From contig CACZNC010000007.1 of assembly GCA_902782445.1 (NCBI GenBank), forward strand, positions 12,292 to 76,291: 64,000 nucleotides of DNA. Reading direction: 5' to 3'. Position numbers and translations under genes: made by a program. The notes below the pieces were generated by a model that saw only the letters and a program-made list of their open reading frames with translations, was not told where the DNA came from and did not search any database. Shown here piece by piece: positions 46,801-55,044 of this stretch (position 1 is its first letter; the number at the start of each line of letters is the position of its first letter). This stretch comes from an uncultured Ruminococcus sp. Its GTDB lineage: Bacteria > Bacillota > Clostridia > Oscillospirales > CAG-272.

Positions 46801-48279
46801 GAAGGTGTTGAAGGACTCCGTCACTTCGCCGTTTCGGAAGAGGACCGCTCCGATCTCGGTGATCCGGTTGGCGGTGGCGGAAAGGCCGGTGGTTTCGATA
46901 TCGAAGACGCAGAATTCCCCGTCGAACCGGACGTCCTCTCCCCGGTATGCCGCCCGGGCCGTGTCGTCGACATAATAGGCTTCGAGGCCGTAGAGGACCT
47001 TGATCTTATCCTCCAGCTTCTCCGCGGCGAGCATGGCGATGGGAAAGCTCTGGAGATTCCCGTGATCGGTGATGGCGACGGCCTTGTGCCCCCAGCGGAA
47101 GGCGGTGTTGACGATGTCGTCGGCCTTGATGAGGGCGTCCATCGCGGACATATTGGTGTGAAGATGCAGTTCCACCCGCTTTTCGGGGGCATCGTCCGTC
47201 CGGGCATCCTCCTTCACCGCGAGGATATCGGTGAACTGCATGTAGAGATCGTTGTCGAACTTGTCCGTCTTGAGGGTACCGCGCACGGCGTACTGCTTCC
47301 CCTTCGAGAAGAGTGCTTCGGTCTCGGCGGCGGCTTCCGCGGGGACGGTGGTTTTGATGTAAATGGACGCCTCCCGGTCCGTGGCGGCAAAGGTGAACGT
47401 CACCTTGTCCCCCCGGCGGGTCTCCCTCTGTTCGACGGCGAAGACCTCGCACAGGATCACGGCTCCTTTGGCGGGGGAACGGACGGCGCGGAGGGGTCTG
47501 ACGTTCTCGATCGGGAATTCCTCGCCGAAGACCAGCGTCGGGGAGGAGCAGTTGAAGACGATCCTGCCGCAGCGGATCCGGCCGTTTTCAAGGATCTCCG
47601 CCTCGTCCGCTCCGGGGAGCAGGGATTCGGCGCGGGGCAGGACGGGCTTCTGTTCCTCCTCGGGGGGCGCGGGGGGAGCTTCGGCGGCGGCCATAAGACG
47701 GGCGTCCTCTTCGAGGATGGCGGCGGACGCGCTGTTGAGCTTTTCGAGCTGCTTCGACATGTATTCGGCGTAGGCTTCGTCCGCGTCCCCGGACTGTTTC
47801 AGTTCCACCGAGATCTGAATGCCGAATTCGCTGAACAGGATCCCCTCGATCACCTTCGCCGTCTCCGCGAGGCTGAGCAGGGTCAGTCCGCCCTGACGGA
47901 AGGGGATGGAAATGACGACATGGTCCCCGTTCCCCTCCAGCTCGTAGCGGTCGAAAAAACCGTGGCAGACGATCCCGATCCGGGAGGCTTCGCACAGGGC
48001 CTCGCCGATATAGTCCATCGAAAAAAGCGCGGGATCGTAGCGGGGCAGGATCCGCACGCCGGAGAGCTCATACCCCTCCCGGACGATGTTCTCGAGGGCG
48101 TAGAGGTCCTTTTTCGCGTACAGCCGCGGCAGACTGCACCGGATCTCCGCCATGCGCCTCTCCCGGTCGACCCGGAGGGAAACGTCGGATGCTTCGGCGA
48201 AAATCTCCCGGCTCTTTCCGGTCAGGCCGTCCGCTACACGGGGGAAAAGCTCGGGGAGGGAACGAGATCGATTTGCCAT
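43855..48279 (-). CDS. polC: DNA polymerase III PolC-type (with 3'-5' exonuclease domain)
   Basis: 1474 aa. Exonuclease motif FCVFDIETTGLS, PHP motif VELHLHTNMSAMDA, and the polymerase core GSRGSVGSSFAATMGGITRVNPL. Confidence 0.97.
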   Translation of the reverse strand: MANRSRSLPELFPRVADGLTGKSREIFAEASDVSLRVDRERRMAEIRCSLPRLYAKKDLYALENIVREGYELSGVRILPRYDPALFSMDYIGEALCEASRIGIVCHGFFDRYELEGNGDHVVISIPFRQGGLTLLSLAETAKVIEGILFSEFGIQISVELKQSGDADEAYAEYMSKQLEKLNSASAAILEEDARLMAAAEAPPAPPEEEQKPVLPRAESLLPGADEAEILENGRIRCGRIVFNCSSPTLVFGEEFPIENVRPLRAVRSPAKGAVILCEVFAVEQRETRRGDKVTFTFAATDREASIYIKTTVPAEAAAETEALFSKGKQYAVRGTLKTDKFDNDLYMQFTDILAVKEDARTDDAPEKRVELHLHTNMSAMDALIKADDIVNTAFRWGHKAVAITDHGNLQSFPIAMLAAEKLEDKIKVLYGLEAYYVDDTARAAYRGEDVRFDGEFCVFDIETTGLSATANRITEIGAVLFRNGEVTESFNTFVDPEGHIPENITDLTGITDEMVKGAPGEEEAVRAFLDFAGGRMLVAHNASFDTGFIRQVSARHGIAFENPYLDTVAMSRYMNPDLKNHKLDTLAKHYGLGDFNHHRASDDAEMLARIFGCMAERLMEEGVEDIARLNYIMAEKADPLKLRSTHLILLVKNKVGLKNLYKLVSESYLNYYYRHPRIPRTRLEELREGLILGSACSEGEFFRAVQDGKPEADLIEMAQFYDYLEIQPLCNNEYLIREGKVPDTETLRNINRRIVEIGKKAGRPVCATCDAHYKNPEDEIYRRIILAGQGFKDADNETKLYYRTTSEMLEEFSYLGEETAREVVIENPSKIADSIEYVRPIPKGNYPPHIDGAEEELTTKCWSLAKELYGDPLPEVVSARLKRELDSIISNGFAIMYIIARKLVENSEEKGYQVGSRGSVGSSFAATMGGITRVNPLPPHYRCPKCRWSEFFENGEVGSGFDLPPKKCPVCGEDCERDGHDIPFETFLGFKGDKTPDIDLNFSGDVQAAAHKFTEVLFGTGHAFKAGTIGTLADKTAYGYAAHFLEDRGISVNRAEMDRLVNGCMGVKKNTGQHPGGVIVVPEEFEIYDFSPVQHPSDNKAGAEIVTTHFAFTYLHDTILKLDILGHDIPTKYKRLEEYTGIKVTDVPLSDPACYEGLTSTAPIGVTPEQIDSQTSTVGLPELGTQFIRGVLMKAQPKNFADILQIQGLTHGTGCWLGNAEELINQKICTISEVIGCRDDIMMTLIHKYGMEKSLSFKIMEFVRKNKKGLVIPEEMQTAMRENGVPEWYIDSLQKIRYMFPKAHAAAYAIDAVRLMWYKINYPVEFYAAYFTAAPDGLDGEVVMKGRRYCRDTYQDLKKRGKEISATEAALEDALMLVNECFERGYEFLPVDIRRSHATKFLPENGKIRLPFASLPGLGEAAAENIMNAMKSGSVLSIEDLRAKAKVSKSIMELLEKNGALRGMSQSNQISMFG

Positions 48280-48343
48280 TCTGATACCTCAAAAACCGGT
48301 CGGGGCCTCGGTTCCGTTCGGTCCGAAAAGGCCCCTTGTCATT

Positions 48344-49420
48344 TTATTCTTCTTCGATTGCCCTGACGGTTTCCCTCACAAGAAACTCCACGGCTTCGGA
48401 TTCGTCGAGCACGGCTTCCTTCACCCCATGGCGGAAGAAGACGCACTTCCCCGCCCCGCCGGCGATGCCGAAATCCGCTTCTCTTGCCTCCCCGGGTCCG
48501 TTGACGACGCAGCCCATGACGGCCACTTTCAGCCGCTTCCCCCGGGGATCGATCCCGGAGACTGCCTCGCGGTACTTCTTCCCGAGGCCGATCAGGTCGA
48601 TCTTCGTGCGGCCGCAGGTGGGGCAGGAGATCACTTCGATATACCCCCGGGGATCCTTTCCCACGGCCCGGAGGATCTCCCGTCCGGCGCGGACTTCGTC
48701 GATCGGATCCGCGGTCAGGGAGACCCGGAGCGTGTCGCCGATCCCTTCGGAGAGCAGGGCCCCGATCCCAATGGCGTTCTTGACGAGGCCGGAGTAGTCG
48801 TCCCCCGCCTCGGTCAGGCCGATGTGGAGGGGATAGTCCGACATCTCCCGCACCAGCCGGTTCGCCCGGAGCATTTCGGGCACGGAGGAGGACTTGATGG
48901 AGACGACGAGATCGGAAAACCCGCAGGCCTCGAACGCCTCCGCTTCCTCCATCGCGGATTCTGCAAGGGCTTCGGCGGTGGGGGATCCGTATTTTTCGAG
49001 CAGTTTTTTGTCGAGGGAACCGCCGTTGACGCCGATGCGGACGGGGATCCCGCGGGATCTGCAGGCTTCGGCGACTTCCCGGACCTTCCATTTATCGCCG
49101 AGGTTGCCGGGATTGACCCGGATCTTGTCGGCTCCCGCTTCCGCCGCGGCGAGGGCGATCCGGTAGTCGAAATGCACGTCCGCGACGAGGGGAACACTCA
49201 CGCCCCTCTCCTTCGCCAGACGGAAGACCCCGGCGCATTCCACGGTGGGAACCGCGAGGCGCACGATATCGCATCCGGCCTTCGCGAGGGCTTCGATCTG
49301 CGCGGTCACGCCGTCGAAATCCTCGGCCGGGACATTGGTCATGGACTGCACCGTGACGGGCGCGCCTCCACCGATCAAAAGGGAGCCTGCCCGGACGGCG
49401 CGGGTGATTTTCGGATTCAT
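48344..49420 (-). CDS. ispG: 4-hydroxy-3-methylbut-2-en-1-yl diphosphate synthase (flavodoxin)
   Basis: Motifs VTVQSMTN, DIVRLAVP, IRVNPGNLG, the cluster motif VISCPTCGRT and VMGCVVNGPGEA. Confidence 0.95.
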   Translation of the reverse strand: MNPKITRAVRAGSLLIGGGAPVTVQSMTNVPAEDFDGVTAQIEALAKAGCDIVRLAVPTVECAGVFRLAKERGVSVPLVADVHFDYRIALAAAEAGADKIRVNPGNLGDKWKVREVAEACRSRGIPVRIGVNGGSLDKKLLEKYGSPTAEALAESAMEEAEAFEACGFSDLVVSIKSSSVPEMLRANRLVREMSDYPLHIGLTEAGDDYSGLVKNAIGIGALLSEGIGDTLRVSLTADPIDEVRAGREILRAVGKDPRGYIEVISCPTCGRTKIDLIGLGKKYREAVSGIDPRGKRLKVAVMGCVVNGPGEAREADFGIAGGAGKCVFFRHGVKEAVLDESEAVEFLVRETVRAIEEE

Positions 49421-49436
49421 GCGGAGCCTCCCGGAA

Positions 49437-50477
49437 TCAGAACAGGCCGATCACGTCCTTCACGGCGATCACCACCATGAGGATCATGAGCACGACCAGT
49501 CCCGCGAAATGGACGTAACCCTCGATCTCCGCGCGGACGGGCTTGCGCCGGATCAGCTCCGCGAACTGGAAGACCAGCCGTCCCCCGTCGAGGGCGGGCA
49601 GGGGGAGCAGATTCATCACGCCGAGGTTCATGGAGATCACGACGGCGAGATAGACGAGATCGAAGGTCCCCTGTTCGGCCGCTTCGCCGAGAGCCTTGGT
49701 GACCCCGACGGGACCGGAGACCGCCTCCATGCCGTATCGTCCCGAGATCAGATCGAAGAGGGACTCCCAGATCATCTTGACCGTGGAGACGGAGCGGAAA
49801 AACGCCTCTTTCAGGACGGTCCCCGCGTTCTTCTCGGCGGGCATGACCTTGAAATCGACGGTGCCGAAGCGGGTCCCCATTTCGGTGAAGGTCGGGAAGA
49901 TCACGTTGTCGACGGTGAGCTTCTGACCGTCCCGGATCACGGTGATGCGGAGGGGATCCACGCCCTTGCGCATGATCTCGTAGACGACTTCGTTCGCGAT
50001 GTGGGTGCGGGTCCCGTTGACGGCGACGATCTCGTCCCCGATTTTCAGGCCCGCGGATTCGGCGTAGCAGACCCCGTTCTCGTCCGGCACGAACGCGCCG
50101 ATGACGGTGGAGGGCAGGACGGGCTCGGAGGCCATGAGGATCCCCATGACGAGGACGCCGACGAGCAGATTCATCGCAGCGCCCGCAGCCGTGACGATGA
50201 TGCGCTGCCAGACGGGTTTGCGGCGGAAGGAGTTTTCGTCCGCGGATTCGTCGTCCTCCCCTTCCATCGAGACGAACCCGCCGATGGGAAAGGCTCGCAG
50301 GGAATAGGCGATCCCGGTTTTCTCCGAGACGCGGCGCAAAAGCTTCGGGCCCATGCCGATGGAGAATTCGAGGATCTTCACCCCAAACGAGCGGGCGGCG
50401 AGATAATGCCCGAGCTCGTGGATGAAGATGAGGAACCCGAAAATCAGGAGCGCGAGCAGAATGGTGAGGATGTTGAT
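49437..50477 (-). CDS. rseP: RIP metalloprotease RseP/RasP (site-2 protease, M50)
   Basis: Listed ORF 49437..50381 starts at a GTG downstream of the in-frame catalytic HELGHYLAARSFG and TM1. The frame is open back to TAA at 50493-50495 with no ATG/GTG/TTG. The 5' end is set at ATC 50477, 7 nt after GGAAG; see findings. Also contains FPIGGFVSMEGEDDE. Confidence 0.8.
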   Translation of the reverse strand: MNILTILLALLIFGFLIFIHELGHYLAARSFGVKILEFSIGMGPKLLRRVSEKTGIAYSLRAFPIGGFVSMEGEDDESADENSFRRKPVWQRIIVTAAGAAMNLLVGVLVMGILMASEPVLPSTVIGAFVPDENGVCYAESAGLKIGDEIVAVNGTRTHIANEVVYEIMRKGVDPLRITVIRDGQKLTVDNVIFPTFTEMGTRFGTVDFKVMPAEKNAGTVLKEAFFRSVSTVKMIWESLFDLISGRYGMEAVSGPVGVTKALGEAAEQGTFDLVYLAVVISMNLGVMNLLPLPALDGGRLVFQFAELIRRKPVRAEIEGYVHFAGLVVLMILMVVIAVKDVIGLF

Positions 50478-50481
50478 GGGA

Positions 50482-51672
50482 TCACTTCCTTTTTATCGTG
50501 TCGATCAGACCGCGGCAGATCCGTCTCGCTTCCGCGGAGGCGCGGACCGCGGTTTCTTCGTTTCCGTCAAAGTATACGTCAAGTTTTCCGAGGGTTTCCA
50601 CCACAATCGGTGAAAGTTCTGTGAATCCGATCTCCCCGGAGAGAAACGCGCCGACCGCTTCCTCGTCCGCGGCGATCAGACCGGCCGGAGCGGTGCCCCC
50701 CATGCGGATCGCTTCCCGGGCGGCGTCGAGGAGGGGGAAGGTCTTCGTGTCCGGCTCCGCGAAGGTGAGGGATCCGAGGGCGGCGAAATCCAGGGGTTCC
50801 AGATCGGCCGCGGGGATCCGGGGGGCGAAGGCGGCGTAGCGGATGCAGTCCCGCATGTCCGGTCTTCCGAGCTCGGCGTACACCGTCCGGTCCGCCCATT
50901 CCACCATGGAATGCACGATGCTCTGGCGGTGGATCAGCACGTGGACCCGGTCCTCGGGGATGCCGAAGAGCCGCACGGCCTCGATGATCTCGAATCCCTT
51001 GTTCATGAGGGTGGCGGAATCCACGGTGATCTTCTTCCCCATCTTCCAGGTGGGATGGGCGAGGGCGTCCGCCGCCGTGACCCGGGACAGTTCCTCCGCC
51101 GTCATGCCGCAGAAGGGACCGCCGGAGGCCGTCAGAAGGAGCCGGTTCACGTCCCGGATATCGTGGCCTTCGAGACAGCGGAAAATCGCGGAGTGCTCGC
51201 TGTCCACGGGGATCAGTTCCCCGCCGGACGCCGCCATCCGCTCGAAAATCAGATCCCCGCAGGCGATGACGGCCTCTTTGTTCGCCATCGCGACGCGCTT
51301 CCCGGAATCCGCCGCCGCGAGAGCCGTGGGCAGTCCCGTCAGTCCCGCGACGGAGTGAAAAATGATGTCGGCATCGGCGGTCCGCACGGCGTCGAGGATC
51401 TCGCAGGGATCGGAAAGGATCTCCGGGGCCTGTGCTCCGAGCAGTTCCTTCAATTCCCGGGCGGCCTCGGGCGTTGCCATGCCGACGGTCTTCGGGCGGT
51501 GACGGCGGACGAGGGAGGCGAAGAGCTCCGCGTTTTCCCCGGCCAGCATGAAGGAGACGGGGATCCCCATTTCCACAAGCACGTCGAGGGTCTGGGTCCC
51601 GACGGATCCCGTGGCCCCGAGCACGCATGCGGAGGACGGGCAGAAGTACGGGTTCGGACGTAAATTAACCAT
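50482..51672 (-). CDS. dxr: 1-deoxy-D-xylulose 5-phosphate reductoisomerase
   Basis: Motifs VLGATGSVGTQTLDV, ANKEAVI, PVDSEHSAIFRC, LTASGGPF, HPTWKMGKKITVDSATLMNKG and IHRQSIVHSMVE. Confidence 0.95.
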   Translation of the reverse strand: MVNLRPNPYFCPSSACVLGATGSVGTQTLDVLVEMGIPVSFMLAGENAELFASLVRRHRPKTVGMATPEAARELKELLGAQAPEILSDPCEILDAVRTADADIIFHSVAGLTGLPTALAAADSGKRVAMANKEAVIACGDLIFERMAASGGELIPVDSEHSAIFRCLEGHDIRDVNRLLLTASGGPFCGMTAEELSRVTAADALAHPTWKMGKKITVDSATLMNKGFEIIEAVRLFGIPEDRVHVLIHRQSIVHSMVEWADRTVYAELGRPDMRDCIRYAAFAPRIPAADLEPLDFAALGSLTFAEPDTKTFPLLDAAREAIRMGGTAPAGLIAADEEAVGAFLSGEIGFTELSPIVVETLGKLDVYFDGNEETAVRASAEARRICRGLIDTIKRK

Positions 51673-51687
51673 ATCTGAGTTTTCCTG

Positions 51688-52509
51688 TCATACGAGATAA
51701 GCGGAGACCGCGGGGATCCCGGAAAGGACCGCGAGCACGGGGGCCGTCATGAGAACGCTGTCGAAGCGGTCCAGCACCCCGCCGTGACCCGGGAAAACAA
51801 AGCCGTAGTCCTTGACCCCGTATCTGCGCTTGACGACGGACATGGCGAGGTCCCCGATCTGGGAGATCACGGCCACTACTGCCCCCGCAGCCGCCATGAC
51901 GAAGAGATTCACCTCCGCCCCGGGAGCGAAGAACCGCTTCACGATCCAGCCATAGAGCACGAACGCCAGCGCCGCGAAGATCACGCCTCCGACCGCTCCC
52001 TCGACGGTCTTCTTCGGGGAGACCTCGGGGATCAGTCTGTGTTTTCCGACCGCCCGTCCGACGAGGTACGCGAAGGTATCGGAAGTCCAGGGCCCGATGA
52101 AGACGAGCAGATAGCGGTAAGGACCGAACGAACGCAGAAGGACCAAGGAGGCAAAGGCGATCGAGGTATAGAAAACTCCCGTGAAAGACGCGGCGGAGAC
52201 CTCGTAGTCGATCTTTCCCCGGGCGAAGACGTCGACCGAGAATGTGAGGATAAGGTAGAGGGAGGCGGCGAAAAACAGTCCGTTCACCCGTTCGGGATCC
52301 GCGAACAGCAGCGGCACGGCAAAGGCGAAGAGATAGGCCGGTACGAGCAGCGGAACGTGCTTCGACGCGCCGACGCATTTCGTCATTTCCCATGCCGCGA
52401 TCAGGGACAGGACCGTCATGGCAACAGGCCAGACAAACGTGTCGGAGAACACGCAGACCGGGATGAAGATCGCGATGGCGACGACGGCGGTGATCGTTCG
52501 TTTCAGCAT
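51688..52509 (-). CDS. cdsA: Phosphatidate cytidylyltransferase
   Basis: Polytopic membrane protein. C-terminal signature SVVKRRYGVKDYGFVFPGHGGVLDRFDS. Confidence 0.93.
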   Translation of the reverse strand: MLKRTITAVVAIAIFIPVCVFSDTFVWPVAMTVLSLIAAWEMTKCVGASKHVPLLVPAYLFAFAVPLLFADPERVNGLFFAASLYLILTFSVDVFARGKIDYEVSAASFTGVFYTSIAFASLVLLRSFGPYRYLLVFIGPWTSDTFAYLVGRAVGKHRLIPEVSPKKTVEGAVGGVIFAALAFVLYGWIVKRFFAPGAEVNLFVMAAAGAVVAVISQIGDLAMSVVKRRYGVKDYGFVFPGHGGVLDRFDSVLMTAPVLAVLSGIPAVSAYLV

Positions 52510-52510
52510 G

Positions 52511-53266
52511 TCAGACTCCTCTCACGGCGTCCGCGGCGTCGAGCCCTCCGAACCGGCGGGAGCGGGACGCGAATTCCCTCACGGCTTCGTCCACGTCGGC
52601 GGTGGTGTAGTCCGGCCAGAGGCGGTCCGTGAAGTAGAGCTCCGCGTAGGCCGCCTGCCAGAGCAGGAAATTGGAGATCCGCATTTCCGCCCCGGTCCGC
52701 ACGATCAGATCGGGTTCCGGCCGTCCCGCGGTGTAAAGGCGCGCGGAGAGTTCGTCCTCGGTGATCTCGCGCTTCCCTTCCGCGATCAGCGAATTCACGG
52801 CCCGCACGATCTCCGCCCGGCCTCCGTAGTTGAAGGCGATGTTGAGGCGGTAGGGACGTCCGCGGGTGGCTTCTTCCAGCTCCCGGGTGCGCTTCCCGAT
52901 GGTCTCCCCCAGTTCTCCGGGTTCGCCGATGAAGCGGAATTCGATGTCCTTCTCCTCCCCGGCCTCCTCGATGAAGGAGATCAGCAGGCGGAAAAGGGCC
53001 TCCACCTCTCTCTGAGGACGCTTCACGTTCTCGGTGGAGAAGGCGTAGACCGTACAGCACTCCATGCCGATCTTCTTGCAGTAGCGGACTATCGTCTTGA
53101 AATTGTCCGCCCCGACCTTGTGTCCGGCTTCCCGGGGCAGAAGACGCTTCTTCGCCCAGCGGCCGTTGCCGTCCATGATGAAGGCGATGTGTCTGAGGTT
53201 CGATTTTGCCACGACCTCTTCGATGGGCATGGCTTCGATTTCTTTTTTCGTCATATCTTCCCGCAT
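52511..53266 (-). CDS. uppS: Isoprenyl transferase (undecaprenyl diphosphate synthase)
   Basis: Motifs HIAFIMDGNGRWAKKR, YAFSTENVKRP, LIVRTGAEMRISNFLLWQAAYAELYF. Confidence 0.95.
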   Translation of the reverse strand: MREDMTKKEIEAMPIEEVVAKSNLRHIAFIMDGNGRWAKKRLLPREAGHKVGADNFKTIVRYCKKIGMECCTVYAFSTENVKRPQREVEALFRLLISFIEEAGEEKDIEFRFIGEPGELGETIGKRTRELEEATRGRPYRLNIAFNYGGRAEIVRAVNSLIAEGKREITEDELSARLYTAGRPEPDLIVRTGAEMRISNFLLWQAAYAELYFTDRLWPDYTTADVDEAVREFASRSRRFGGLDAADAVRGV

Positions 53267-53320
53267 GGTTCGCGCCCGACGCGGGTCTCCCCAGACGCCG
53301 GGCGCGCGACGGACGGACCG

Positions 53321-53875
53321 TCAGATCTCCATGATTTCCTTTTCCTTCGCGGTGGTGATGCCTTCGATTTCCTTGATATACTTGTCGGTGAGCGTCTGCA
53401 TGTCCTTATCGGACTGCTTCTGCTCGTCCTCGGTCATTTCGGAGTTCTTCTTCATGGCCTTGGATTTGTCGTTGGCGTCCCTGCGGATGTTGCGGATGGC
53501 GACCTTCGCTTCCTCGCTCATCTTCGCGATGTTCTTGTTGATCTCTTTTCTGCGCTCCTCGGTGAGCTGAGGGAACACGAGGCGGATCACCTTGCCGTCG
53601 TTCATCGGGGTGATGCCGACGTCGGACGCGAGAAGGGCTTTTTCGATGGCCTTCAGGGTGGAGGCGTCGTAGGGGGTTATGACGAGGGTCTTCGGGTCGG
53701 TGACCTTCACGTCCGCCATGGCGGTGATGGCCGTCGGCGCGCCGTAGTACTCGAAGGTGACCTTGGAGATCACGGCGGAATTGGCGCGGCCCGCTCGGAT
53801 CACGGAAAGCGCTTCTTTGTAGACCTCGATGGTCTTCTGCATTTTGCTTTCGTACTCTTTGGTATCGAGCTTCAT
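53321..53875 (-). CDS. frr: Ribosome recycling factor
   Basis: 184 aa. SVIRAGRANSAVISKVTFEYYGAPT...LTEERRKE. Confidence 0.95.
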   Translation of the reverse strand: MKLDTKEYESKMQKTIEVYKEALSVIRAGRANSAVISKVTFEYYGAPTAITAMADVKVTDPKTLVITPYDASTLKAIEKALLASDVGITPMNDGKVIRLVFPQLTEERRKEINKNIAKMSEEAKVAIRNIRRDANDKSKAMKKNSEMTEDEQKQSDKDMQTLTDKYIKEIEGITTAKEKEIMEI

Positions 53876-53978
53876 GATGCGTCTCCTTTACTTAATTATC
53901 TGTAAAATGAATTTTTCATCTGCGTTTTTCCGCGGAGCAGGACGAAATCCGCGCTCGGGAACGCCGCCGCAGAAGGGT

Positions 53979-54734
53979 TCAGGCTTCGGGATAGAACTCC
54001 GCCGCCGTCTCTTCGTCCGAGGAGAGCAGGGTCCCGATCTCCTCGCCCCGGATCACGCGGAGGATGTTTTCGGGATCCTCCAGCGAGAAGGCGTAGGCGT
54101 CGATATTCTGTTCCGCCGCGATGAGGGCCGCGGATTCGTCGATGGCCTTGAGACCGTCCTTCACGCACTGATAGCTGGAAATGACCCGGTACTTGCGGGC
54201 GTCGGGGTTCTTGCGGGGATCCGCGTTGTAGACGCCGTCGATGTTCTTCGCCATGAGGATGACGTCGGCTCCGATCTCCGCGGCGCGCACCACGCAGGCG
54301 GTGTCGGTGGAGATATAGGGGATACCGAGCCCCGCGCCGAAGATCACGACCTTCCCCTCCGACAGGTACTCCGAGGCCGTGCGGAAATTATACTGTTCCG
54401 CAAAGGAGTTCATCGGGATCGGGGACATGAGCGCGACGGGCGTTCCCGTCTTTTCCACGGCGTCCTCGAGGCGGAGGCAGTTGATCATGGTGCCGAGCAT
54501 GCCCATCTGATCGGCTCTCGCCCGGCGCACGCCTTCTCCGTACGCGCCGCGCCAGATATTCCCCGCTCCGATGACAATGCCGACCTCGACGCCTTCCTTC
54601 GCCATCCGCGCGATGATCTCCGCGATCTCGGCGATCTTCTCCGCGTCGAAGATGGATCCGTTTTCCTTGTCCGCGAGCGCTTCGCCGGAGAGCTTCAACA
54701 GCACCCGATTGAACCTGAGTTTACCCTCTGCCAT
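53979..54734 (-). CDS. pyrH: UMP kinase
   Basis: Motifs RVLLKLSGEAL, VIGAGNIWRG, and VVIFGAGLGIPYISTDTACVVRAAEIGADVILMAKNIDGVY. Confidence 0.95.
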   Translation of the reverse strand: MAEGKLRFNRVLLKLSGEALADKENGSIFDAEKIAEIAEIIARMAKEGVEVGIVIGAGNIWRGAYGEGVRRARADQMGMLGTMINCLRLEDAVEKTGTPVALMSPIPMNSFAEQYNFRTASEYLSEGKVVIFGAGLGIPYISTDTACVVRAAEIGADVILMAKNIDGVYNADPRKNPDARKYRVISSYQCVKDGLKAIDESAALIAAEQNIDAYAFSLEDPENILRVIRGEEIGTLLSSDEETAAEFYPEA

Positions 54735-54891
54735 AACGATCTCCGTTTCTTTTTTGGATTGAATCTATTGTACATGATCCGCGGGAAAATGTAAAGAGGC
54801 AATTTGTGAATAAATGCGGATTCCGGGGGTTTTGTGCGGCGCGGGGCAGATCCCGTCGGAAACGCCCGCCGACTTCCATCCCGGCCTCCTT

Positions 54892-54920
54892 ATTATACGC
54901 TCGGCGGGGGCTTCTGTCAA
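54892..54920 (-). promoter_or_regulatory. Consensus sigma-A promoter (TTGACA-17-TATAAT) for pyrH-frr
   Basis: Reverse complement: TTGACA (54915-54920), 17-nt spacer, TATAAT (54892-54897). It implies a 5' UTR of about 150 nt. A second candidate, TTTACA-17-TACAAT, lies closer to the gene. Confidence 0.65.
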
Positions 54921-54982
54921 GAGCGGCGGGGGAGGAATCCGCGCCCCTCCCTGAAGATCGGACAGAATCCGCGCAGGCGCAC

Positions 54983-55011
54983 TTGACGGGCGGAGCGGAG
55001 CGCGGTATAAT
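54983..55011 (+). promoter_or_regulatory. sigma-A type promoter (TTGACG-17-TATAAT) for the eutH-like gene
   Basis: TTGACG at 54983-54988, a 17-nt spacer, TATAAT at 55006-55011. Confidence 0.65.
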
Positions 55012-55044
55012 AGGGGAGTCAGCACAGAGAACGGAGGGGAGCCC

